Below, one piece after another: positions 22,282 to 32,015 of a stretch of 64,000 bases of DNA. The first letter of the stretch is position 1, and each line of letters starts with the position of its first letter. The notes under the pieces are model-generated. The model searched no databases, was not told the origin of the DNA, and saw only the letters and a program-made list of their open reading frames with translations. The translations under genes and the position numbers were made by a program. Source of the DNA: Anolis carolinensis (Eukaryota); the NCBI RefSeq assembly GCF_035594765.1, contig NC_085844.1, forward strand, positions 163,200,107 to 163,264,106. The letters run 5' to 3'.

Positions 22282-23290
22282 ATTCTCTCCATCCAGACCT
22301 GCAGGCGATCCTTCGTTCCGCTCACAAGCCGGCTACGTCAAGAGCCTTATGCTTACAAGCTTACTAAGTTCCAAACTTTTCTTCGGGACCGGGACGTCGA
22401 CCCCTCCTCCACTTCGATCCCGCTAGTCCTGGACTTCCTACTTTCTCTCGTGGATCGTCAACTCTCTCTGGCCTCGATAAAATCCTATCTCGCCGCTCTC
22501 TCCTGGCATTTCCAATGCCAAGGACAACCCTCTCTTTTCACTAACAACCTCATTAAGACCTTTCTTCGAGGTTATAACAACCTCCGTCCTCCAGTTCAGC
22601 CTCCGACCCCTGGGTGGAGCCTCGAACTCGTCCTTTCTCAACTGGTTTCAGCTCCCATGGCCTCCGCCGACCTTCACCTTCTCTCTTGGAAGACTGCCTT
22701 CCTAGTCGCTATCACTTCTGCGCGCAGGCCTTCAGAGCTGGCTGCCCTTCGGGTGGACGAACCCTACCTCCGCTTCCACCACGACAGGGCTGTTCTTCGC
22801 CCGGACATCACCTTCCTACCTAAGGTGGTCTCCGCTTTTCACCTTAACCAGGATATAATACTCCCTGCTTTCTTTCCTAATCCTTCTTCTGCTTTGGAGC
22901 GGAAACTCCATCTCCTGGACCTCAGAAGAACCCTCCTCTTCTACAGAGACAGGACTAAAGACATACGTAAGTCGCCTAGACTTTTTGTGGCGTATGCTAC
23001 CCATAAGCTGGGCGAACCACTTTCTTCTCAAAGACTCTCACACTGGATTGCTCAGGCTATTGAACTTGCCTACCAGTTGGCTAAACGCCCACCCCCCCTC
23101 GATCCGCCCTAGATCGACAAGGGGCCTTTCCACTTCTACTGCCTTCCTCCGGGGTGTCCCTCTAGATTCCATCTGTCGAGCGGCTATCTGGTTCACCCCA
23201 TCCACCTTTGTTTCACACTACAGGATGGACTCAAAGAACCTCAGGGACTCGGCCTTTGCCAGGTCCATCCTTTCCTCCTGCCTTTCCTAA
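20475..23290 (+). pseudogene. DIRS ORF3: tyrosine recombinase with a long N-terminal extension overlapping ORF2
   Basis: Catalytic-domain motifs SIKSYLAALS, AITSARRPSEL, FLPKV, RSTR, AAIW, FVSHY. Frameshifts near 22347 and in the C-run near 23092. The upstream alternate frame (ORFs 20475, 21162, 21513, 22017) is nearly continuous. Confidence 0.85.
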
Positions 23291-23694
23291 CGTTCCTTGC
23301 CTTACTCAGAGCCAGTTCTCATGTTTTTCTCTTTACGAGTTCAATGATGTCTCTCAGGCCTTATTTCACAGGATATGTTCAAGGGTTTATTAATGTAGTG
23401 CTTGTGTACTATACTTACCAATTACACTGTGATTTGTTTTTCCTCGATACTTCTGCCTACTTTTCAGGAAATTTGATTATACTTACCTCTGTATTTCTTA
23501 CAGACTATCGTTCACATACAATGTTGCGATTGTTTTCTGGATCCTAATGTCTGGGACCAGCTCTGCACTATATGCTGTTACGTTGTTTGACCATTGCACT
23601 TGCATTTGCACCTTGTGCTTAATAAATGTGTTGTTTGGACATTAAACTCGTTGTCGGGTTTGCTATCCCACCTTCCTATACCTCAGCTTGCTAG

Positions 23695-23789
23695 TCTCCA
23701 TTAGTGTGCATTCACAGAGTACACGAAGAAAAAGGACAGGTTGCTTACCTGTAACCGTGTTTCTTCGAGTGTACTCTGTGAATTCACAC
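23695..23789. repeat. DIRS internal complementary region (ICR)
   Basis: 23695-23733 is complementary to the left terminus and 23732-23789 to the right terminus, joined across AAAAA. Confidence 0.92.
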
Positions 23790-23837
23790 AATCCTGCCCT
23801 TCCTTCCCCACATGCAAACCTCTCCCTTTCTCGTCGC

Positions 23838-24038
23838 CTTTGCGGCGTAGGAACTGGGGAGTGAGCGCGGAGGGCGCCCTTTTATACCCTCCGGGGAGAG
23901 GGGCGGGGTTACCGCCAAATTTCAAACTTTAGCTTGGAAGAGTATCCGTTGGAGTCTGCGCAGGCGCAGCCTCTCCATTAGTGTGAATTCACAGAGTACA
24001 CTCGAAGAAACACGGTTACAGGTAAGCAACCTGTCCTT
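23838..24038 (-). repeat. DIRS right inverted terminal repeat plus right extension
   Basis: Inverted match to 18156-18297; the terminal extension ...CACGGTTACAGGTAAGCAACCTGTCCTT is complementary to the ICR. Confidence 0.9.
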
Positions 24039-27000
24039 CAAAAGTCACTTTACCTTAATTGACACTATATATTCCTTGGATGCATATCATATTACTTTAT
24101 TGAACCAGTAAAATACCATTGTTTAAAAACCTCTGCTTTTGTGTCTTCCTGGGCAGTATATAAAGCTGGGTTTTACAGACTCGAGGACTGGAGAAAAAAA
24201 TAGAAAATATATTTTTTAAAACCCTCATGCAGGCCACCTGTTAAGGCCATAGAATCTATAGTTAAAGTCCATTGCTAGAGACTGCAGGCTAGAAACATCA
24301 GCTTGAGATGTGATTATTATATTTCATCTCAAGGGATATAGAATCAATTGCTGTGGTCTATCTTGGTAGACAAAGGATAGCAAAATTACACAGCGAACTA
24401 TCTGATGTCTCTAGTTGAAGTATATGGCTCCTTAGTGAGTTTGGGGCAGATGTAACAAGGAACATGGCAGTCTCCATAGCAGCAAAATGAATGAGGTGAT
24501 CTCATGAAAACAAACCCCACAATATTCCATGCTCCACTATCAGGTGCATAATGCAGTTCTCTAGTGGCTTTGGAAGCTTTGTTAGTAGCTTACATGTCGA
24601 GTATATAGAGGGGGAGGCCCTAGAAACATTACTGTAAGTATTACCATTCATAGTTTACTATCTCTTTCTCAATAAGAAAGAAAATCATTCTTTTATGGTT
24701 GCAGAGGAAGGGATGGGAACTGTGTAGACTTCAAATGTAAAACCACTGTGCTGAAGCGATAGATTTTTGTTAGTACCCAGTGATTCTGTTTTCTACTTTG
24801 ACTAATTTGTTCATTGTTAATATTGTCCAAAGGGAAACCCAGTCTGGTGTATTTAATCGGGCTTCTTTTATTGAAAAAATGAGCCATTCTTCCATTAATT
24901 AAATATAAATGAGAGTTGTGAAGTCAGGAGACATAATTAGCATGTCCTACAGATCCACATAGTCATCTTTGCCCTCTTTGTTATTTTTTTACATCATAAT
25001 GACTTTAAAATAATGCTCATCAAACACTGTAATCCCTGAAATTTAACAGGCTCATGTTGAATAAAATTCTTTGTCTCCTTGTAGAATGACAATTGATGAG
25101 TTTTTTAACTGCTTGCCACCCACACAATGACTTCTCACATACATCAGGATCATCTAGGGGAGAGAGAAAAAGATTTGTTGATAAATGTTTGTGATCCTAT
25201 CCACTCAGCTTGTTAAACAGGCTATCTTGTATGGTGCTTTTCTTTGTTTGCTTACTAACCTCAGATGGCGCAAAGCCTGCTCAGATGTTCTGGCACAGCA
25301 CATGGTAATTTCCTTGCATGGGGAATTACATTGTACTGTTCCAGAAGTAAGGATACATTTATTTATATTAAGATTCTGCCTTTCCACTGCAGACAGTGCA
25401 CAAAATGGAGAATATGTAGGGTTGTGTACAAATTCTTCTCCTTGCTACTGTGGCTCTACTTGTGATCTTGACTGAGTAACTTGGCAACCATGCAAGCACA
25501 ATGGGTGTATGTGTGTGTATTTGCAGATGGATTTAATGGCTTCCGCTGTCACTTCGAGCAGCACTTGGGTGCTTATTTTTGCAAATAACACTCCATTACA
25601 TTTTTCACCTCCCGTGTCAGGAAGACAACACTGGACAGAAGTCATAAAGGGGGAGTTATTTTTCTAGATGCTTTTCACATCTATCCTTTGAGACAAAGGC
25701 TGCACAATACAGCACTGAGCATTTAAAAAAGGGAGCGCAGAAATAAACTCAAATAAGCAGAGTTTTCCTATTAAAAAATAGGCTAATCTAAAAATGTCCA
25801 GGTGTATTTTCATATCATAAAAAGGTTAATGACCAAGGTCCCACAAAACTGTTTTTTTTTTGTTGTTGCAGTTAACTAATGTGGACATTACTTTGGGAAT
25901 AAAAATATATAATATATACATAGATGGCTTTATAAATAATATAAATAATATGTATGTTAATAAAGTCCAATGAAAAGGTTGCTCTTTTTTGAAATTTCAA
26001 GGACATACAACTTTTAGGAAAACTGCTTTGCCTCATCAGACTAGTTGTTTGCTTAGCATGGTCACTTCTTTGGCCCCATCTACATTGCCATGTGGGATGC
26101 ACACCTGCTCCTTAACTATGTCTGCAGGGACCTTTAGGCAAGAGGATCTTTTGTTTAGCTGCCAACTTTAAACATGTGAGTTATTTCCAGCTAGTTGCGT
26201 AGTGGAAGTGTCCTTTTATTTATTTATCTCTTCTCATATGTAAAACAAACAGAGAAATATCAGACCATCCGCCTATTCGAATGTTCCACTGATGAAGCCT
26301 TCATCATAAATTTCTATCCTCTAATATTTCACAGCTGAAAACTAAGACATTTGGGCCAAATAAGAATGTGGCTCAGATGGCAAGTTTTCTTGAGGAAGAA
26401 TGCACAACCAGGAGAGACTGCAATATTTTAATTTTGTCTGATCCTACTAGGAAGAAGATTCCTTCCATCCTCTCCCTTTCCTCCCTCTGAATTACAATGA
26501 GCCCTTACAATCCCCTGCAGTGCAGTACACCTTCACCCAGGTGGAAATCAAGATCTGTTGATGTTCAAGTTCCATTATACCCAGTGGCGTAGTAAAATGG
26601 TGTCTCTTAAAATTAGGAACAAGTCAGACAAGTGCTGGAGAGAGCCTGAGATCTTTGAAATGTTGGGAGACTACAACATGGCATGATTACGAATCAGTGT
26701 AATGCTCATTCATGACAAAAATCAAGATTTGCTTTTGGGATCCACCCTTCCCCATATGTTTTTGATTCATGGGTACAAAACCCATATGTAGATCTGGAAG
26801 GCTGACCAATTGAGTGCAAAGTACTTTGGGAGTTTGGACTCAAGTTGCAACAGTTGAAATAAGATGAAGATGAAGGGGAAAGTGGGAGAAGTATTTGGAA
26901 TAGAGAAAAACTAGGACATTTTAAAATCAGCTGAAAAGGTGGAGGGGGAGCATATAAGCTGTGCTGGCAAGCATAGAAGAGAGATGCAATTAACCAGCAA

Positions 27001-27251
27001 TTGAAGGCCTTGCTCATGCAAAATAATGTCATTTTTTGCTGTTCTCTAGGCCTGGAATACCCTACAGAGTTTTTGTTCCAAGAGACCTCTGGCCTTAAAC
27101 AGAAGCACCAATTTCTTCGAGGCTGAAGTTTTGTAGCATGTCCCATTTAATGTAATCCGTAGCAGAATTATGAATATATTTTTTCAAACCTGTTCTTGAT
27201 GGGCAATATGGAAACATTGTATGAGTCTGGGGCAAAATATCTCCAATGCCT

Positions 27252-27990
27252 TGTCATATCATGTTGGCTCTCAGTTAAACGAAGAAAGGTTTCCCAAGCA
27301 ACAGAAGAGTCAGACAAAGTCCAGTTATATTAACAGAAATAGCCCTAAGTACTAGAGTCCTTGTAGCTAATAGTTTTAACACACAGAAGCCACTGAGAGT
27401 AGGATAAAGCCCAAGTTCTGAGTCCAAGTTGCCATGGTCACACCAAAATTGTTTCAGAATGCATTCAGGAACAAGCACAAACCAGAATTCCAGTCCCGGG
27501 TCAACAAAGCTTGCAGTCTGAAAACAGCAGAGTCAGAAGTCCAAGTTGGAAACCAAAATACAACAGTCAAGTGTACAGTCCAAAATCCACATAGCCAATA
27601 ATCCATAGAGCATCAGTCCAGATTCACACTACAGAGCAAAGATGTTGTCTCTTTTTTTCCTTGAGACCTTTTTATCCTATATTCTCAGGTGTTGCCTGTG
27701 TAGAGCCTATTTCTCTGCTATGCAGGCAGTCCTGTGGGCCTCAGCTAGCTTTCGTCTGGGATGGTGCATTTAATCTTTCATCAGCCTACCCCGATGTACT
27801 GGCTTTAGGTCATTCCTAAAGATGTATGAAAACCAGAAACTTCCCATTTCAACTAGAAAGTTGTCTCAAAGGAACTGTCACATTCACCAAACATAAAGCA
27901 ATTCAAAATGGACATTATTTGACCTTGTCCCTTCCCAGTTCTCTCTTCCTCACTCTGTTGCATCTGGAAGTCTAAATAGTGTCTGAGACA
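27252..27990 (-). mobile_element. Putative old, decayed solo LTR distantly related to the two chromovirus LTRs
   Basis: Minus strand TGTCTCAG...ATGACA, an acidic SEEE-coding patch near the 5' end, HRTACIAEK* at 27707-27736, a TATA-like and T-rich TGGACT-repeated 3' half. No TSD found and boundaries uncertain. Confidence 0.4.
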
Positions 27991-28620
27991 TAGAATAGAA
28001 CAGTTCATTGTATTCATAGTCAGTTAAATAGAAAATTAGTCCCAGTATTCTTCAGTCTGAATAGCATTAATCTTCACATATAACTTTTTTGTCCACCATT
28101 ATGTAGCTGCCATTTGCCTGTTTTGTATTTTATGCCTATTTAGTTCTTAATTGCTGCTTGTAGGTTTTTATTAAAGTTATCAAAGACTGGTAAAGTAAAA
28201 TTAGAACATACCTACATGGAATAAATGCAATAAATTTTCCTAAATCCACTCAATGTTGAGTTAAAAATGGTAAAATATCAAGCAAAACTGAAGTGAAGTG
28301 TGATAAGAAAAAATGTGAATATTAGAATAAAATGTCTTAATGTTGCAAATATATGAGCCATGAAAGGTCAGCCAGTGAAGAAGAGGTCTTTAATAGCAAA
28401 CAACAGTAATTTATTGATAGAAAAACTATTGTAGACATTGATGGGGGAACAGAATATTAAATAAGCCATTAGATTATGTGTTCATGAGGATGGGCATAGA
28501 ATGGATTCTTTTTAAAAAGAAAGCTCTTCCTAAAGAATACAGAAGAATGCTTGAAACAAAACAAACTCATGACAGAATGAATTATTGTATAATTATTTAG
28601 ATACATTTGTATTTGTATTA

Positions 28621-28963
28621 CAATGTTCCCTCACTACTTCGCAGTTCACTTTTTGCATATTCGCTGTTTTGCGGTTTTTCAATAAACTCTAGAAGACTAT
28701 TATAAATCATAAAAAATTACAATTTACAGCCTAAGGAAATGATGAAGGAGAAGCCAAAGGGAGAGAAAAGGAGCCCAAGTAGCAACGGGAGGAGAAGGAG
28801 GCAATTTATCAACACACAGTTGGTCGATAAAGACTTAAAATAGTGTATAACTACTAAAATAATATATAAATATTAAAATAAATACAGCGTTCCTACTTTG
28901 TGGATTTTCACTTATTGCGAGTGCTCCTGGAACCTAACCCCAGCGATAAGTGAGGGAACACTG
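28621..28963. mobile_element. Tc1/mariner (Tigger/pogo-like) MITE
   Basis: TIRs CAATGTTCCCTCACT / AGTGAGGGAACACTG flanked by TA on both sides. Confidence 0.85.
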
Positions 28964-29024
28964 TATATGTTTTGTTCCCAGAGCTAACACCCAAGTTGAC
29001 TTACTAAAATTAATTCAGCGTTGT

Positions 29025-29300
29025 ATAGCTTTCACACTATACAGTTGTGAAAGCTATACAACGAAGAAAATTGACATGACGAGAATCATCTCATTAGAGA
29101 TGTGGTGCTGGTATTTTGTGGCTATCACAAATTGCCAAACTGAATAAATAAGTGAAAGAGCGAATCAAGTCTGAACCTTCCCCCAGAGACCAAAATGTAA
29201 AGGCATATCATAAAATGACATGACTTATTAGAAAAAAAAATCAAACAATACTGGGAAAAGTGGGCAGTAGGAACAGGAAAAACGCATTAGAGATGGGAGG
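29025..29300 (+). mobile_element. Ancient RTE/Bov-B-type LINE fragment
   Basis: Translates YSCESYTTKKIDMTRIISLEMWCW, matching the RTE motif YGCESWT...AFE.WCWRR. Confidence 0.65.
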
Positions 29301-30508
29301 ATGATGCTTGTCCTGGTCCTCTAGAGGAAAGAAGCCTCATCAGACTTGAGTTGGCATAAAAAAATCTCCCCAATTGGCTTTGAGCTGAAGTGAGTGAATG
29401 GGAATAAATCTCCCACCTGGTGAAAAGTCCAGCAAAGCCCACCATATCTTCTGCCTAGACTGTCATAAATGGACAGGATTTCAGAAACAGAAGAAACACT
29501 GCTGCTAGCCGGAACAGGGAGCTTCCTATGTTGTCCATACCAGGGCTCTGTTGTGCTTCTTGTGCTCCTTACAAGCCAGATTGCAAATGAAAGTTTATTC
29601 TATGTTTAATATTCTTGGCATTTTTTGAAACCAGAAACTAATAGTAACTGGTTTAGATGACACAGCAAGTTCCCTCTTCCTGATTTAGGAGGAGCCAAGC
29701 CACAACAAAAGTAGAACATGGACCAGCATGCAACCTCTGAGGCATAGTCTAGGATTTTTCAGAAATCTGATTTATCCTTGTAATAAAATATAATTGTTGA
29801 AACCTAATTTAATTTTCTCAAAACCCTAATTTCTGTAGAGTATCCATAGAATGTCAATATATAACACAATTTGTCAGATGGGTCACTTTTTGTGATCAAA
29901 AATTCCAGCAGGAATTATCTTGCTGGTTCTGCTACTTCTCCCATTTTAGGTTAAAAATTGAAATTGAGTTGCTGAGTCATACTTTGCATAGCTGCTTGAG
30001 GTACTATGAAAGAAGCATTTCAAAGCCATCTGCAGAATGCAGCAGCTGATATGTAAAAATACATACTGTAGATACATAAGTCTTTCACTGATTCCCAGAA
30101 TACTGTTTTTTAGCTTCTATTTTCTAAGAGCAGTTTGAATGACTGACATTGTCATGGAGAATATAGAATTTGAAGCAAAGATTTTTCATTTCTGAACACA
30201 GTCTACTTGTCTTTTGAAATCCAGTGTGAGCTGTGCACATCCTAAAGGTAAATATGTAGTAGAGCCAAAGTGGCATAGTGTCTTATTTTGAGTGAGTACT
30301 TTTAAGATCCTTACTCAGCTGTGGAAACCCACTGGCTGACCTTGGATAAATCATTTACTCAGCCTTAGAGGAAGGTGCTGGTAAACTACTTTGAGTAACT
30401 ATTTTCAAGAAAACCCTAATATATGTTTCCCTTAGATGAGAGTTAAAGGTACAAAATAACATGTATATAGCGATCTTATCAATAATTTATATGCTGCATA
30501 TTTTAAAA

Positions 30509-32015
30509 GGGGAAGGCAGGAGGAGGCAATGCTGGCGGCGTGGAAGGTGGCTGGGGCCCTCTTCTTCCTCTTCCGGGAGAGTGGCAGGCGGCCGTTGCGC
30601 CCAGCCTGGTTGTCCTTGGTGTCCCAGCGATGGTCTTCCAGCCTCCCCATGAACACCGTGGTTCTGTTAGTGCTGCAATAGCACTAACCTGGGTGGTGGG
30701 AGCAGATGGGACACTTCCACCGCATCCTGGAGCCCAGACCAGATCCTGGAGCCCAGATCCTGGAGCCCTTCCTCATCCCAATACTGGATCACATTCACTA
30801 TGTGCAAAGTCTTAAGAAAATTGTCATCAATGTGCCTGAGCAGTCGGCTGTGATCTATGACAACATGACTCTCCAGATCGACGGCGTCCTGTACTTGCGC
30901 ATCATGGACCCTTACAAGGCTAGCTATGGAGTGGAGGACCCAGAGTATGCCATAACCCAGCTGGCCCAGACCACCATGCGATTGGAGCTGGGAAAGCTCT
31001 CCCTCGACAAAGTATTCTGGGAGCGTGAAAGCCTGAATGCCAGCATTGTGGACGCCATCAACCAGGCCTCAGATTACTGGGGCATCGGGTGCCTGTGCTA
31101 CAAGATCAAGGACATCCAGGTGCTGTCCCGTGTGAAGGAGTCCATTTATTTATTTATTTCCACTATTTATACCCCGCCCTTCTCACCCGAGGGGACTTAG
31201 GGCAGCTTACAAGTGGCAATTGATGCCGTTACACTAATATACAATGAACTAAAACGTTAAAACAGTTAAAATAGTCATAAAATACGATATACAAAGTTTA
31301 AAACAATGCAAAGTGCTTATGCCATTCATCCACCAGACCTTATACAAGAGCCGTAATGTACATGCAGGTGGAGGCCGAGAGACGCAAGCGGGCCACTGTC
31401 CTGGAGTTGGAAATCACGCGAGAGTCTGCCATCAGTGAGGCAGAAGGACAAAAGCAGGCTCAGATCCTGACCTCTGAAGCAGAAAAAGCAGAGCAAATCA
31501 ACCAGGTTGCGGGGGAGGCCAGTGCTTTTGTGGTGAAGGCAAAGGCCAAAGCGGAGGTAGCTGCTCTTACACAGCAGAACGGCAACTCGGCAGTATCTCT
31601 CTGTGGCCGAGCAGTACGTGAGTGCCTTTTCTAAGCTGGTGAAGGAGTCCAACACCGTTCTCTGTCCCTCCAGCACAGGAGACATCAGCAGCATGGTGGC
31701 CCAGGCCATGGGCATCTACAAATCCCTGAGCAAAGCCCCGCCGCCAAAGGCCCCGGAAGCCACCACTGTCCCTTCCTTCCAAGCCCAACAGCCCTTCAGC
31801 ATTGAACCCTCCGAGACGGACCAGCCAGCCAGCAGCTAACAGAGAGGCCAGGGGACAGTGAGGTGGCTCTTTTTGGCCCCTTCTGCTTGCCTGTCTGCTG
31901 TAGGTCGATTTGCTCTCCTTGGACTCTTGAATCCCCCTCATCCACAAACAGATGCACACACTTTGTTTTGTTTTCTAATTTGGATTTAATCACGTAATAA
32001 AGAGACACGAGCTGG
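30509..32015 (+). pseudogene. STOML2: Processed pseudogene (retrocopy) of stomatin-like protein 2
   Basis: Intronless match to SLP-2: ATG at 30529, LPMNTVV, YVQSLKKIVINVPEQSAV, QIDGVLYLRIMDPYKASYGVEDPEYA, MQVEAERRKRATVLE, AEQYVSAFSKL, SMVAQAMGIY, stop at 31837-31839, AATAAA at 31996-32001. Has stops, frameshifts, a small tandem duplication near 30724-30768 and an insertion. TSD GCATA(T/C)TTTAAAA at 30496-30508 and 32016-32028. Confidence 0.95.
31146..31355 (-). mobile_element. L2-type LINE 3'-end fragment inserted into the STOML2 retrocopy
   Basis: Interrupts VKES|MxMQ; begins (TTTA)n...TTTATACCCCGCCCTTCTC..GGGGACT, an antisense L2-like 3' end with a (TAAA)n tail. Confidence 0.7.

Larger units (their letters stand above)
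18156..24038 (+). mobile_element. Full-length DIRS1-like tyrosine-recombinase retrotransposon (about 5.9 kb), mildly decayed
   Basis: Inverted terminal repeats, an internal complementary region matching both termini, gag, RT/RNase H/methyltransferase and YR ORFs, AATAAA at 23621-23626, T-run at both ends and no classical TSD. Confidence 0.96.

Noticed and set aside
18500-23031. Several minus-strand ORFs inside the DIRS element
   Set aside because: Short antisense shadows of GC-rich coding sequence with no recognisable motifs.
31146-31355. Possible retained intron in STOML2
   Set aside because: No GT...AG ends; the sequence is an antisense LINE 3' end.
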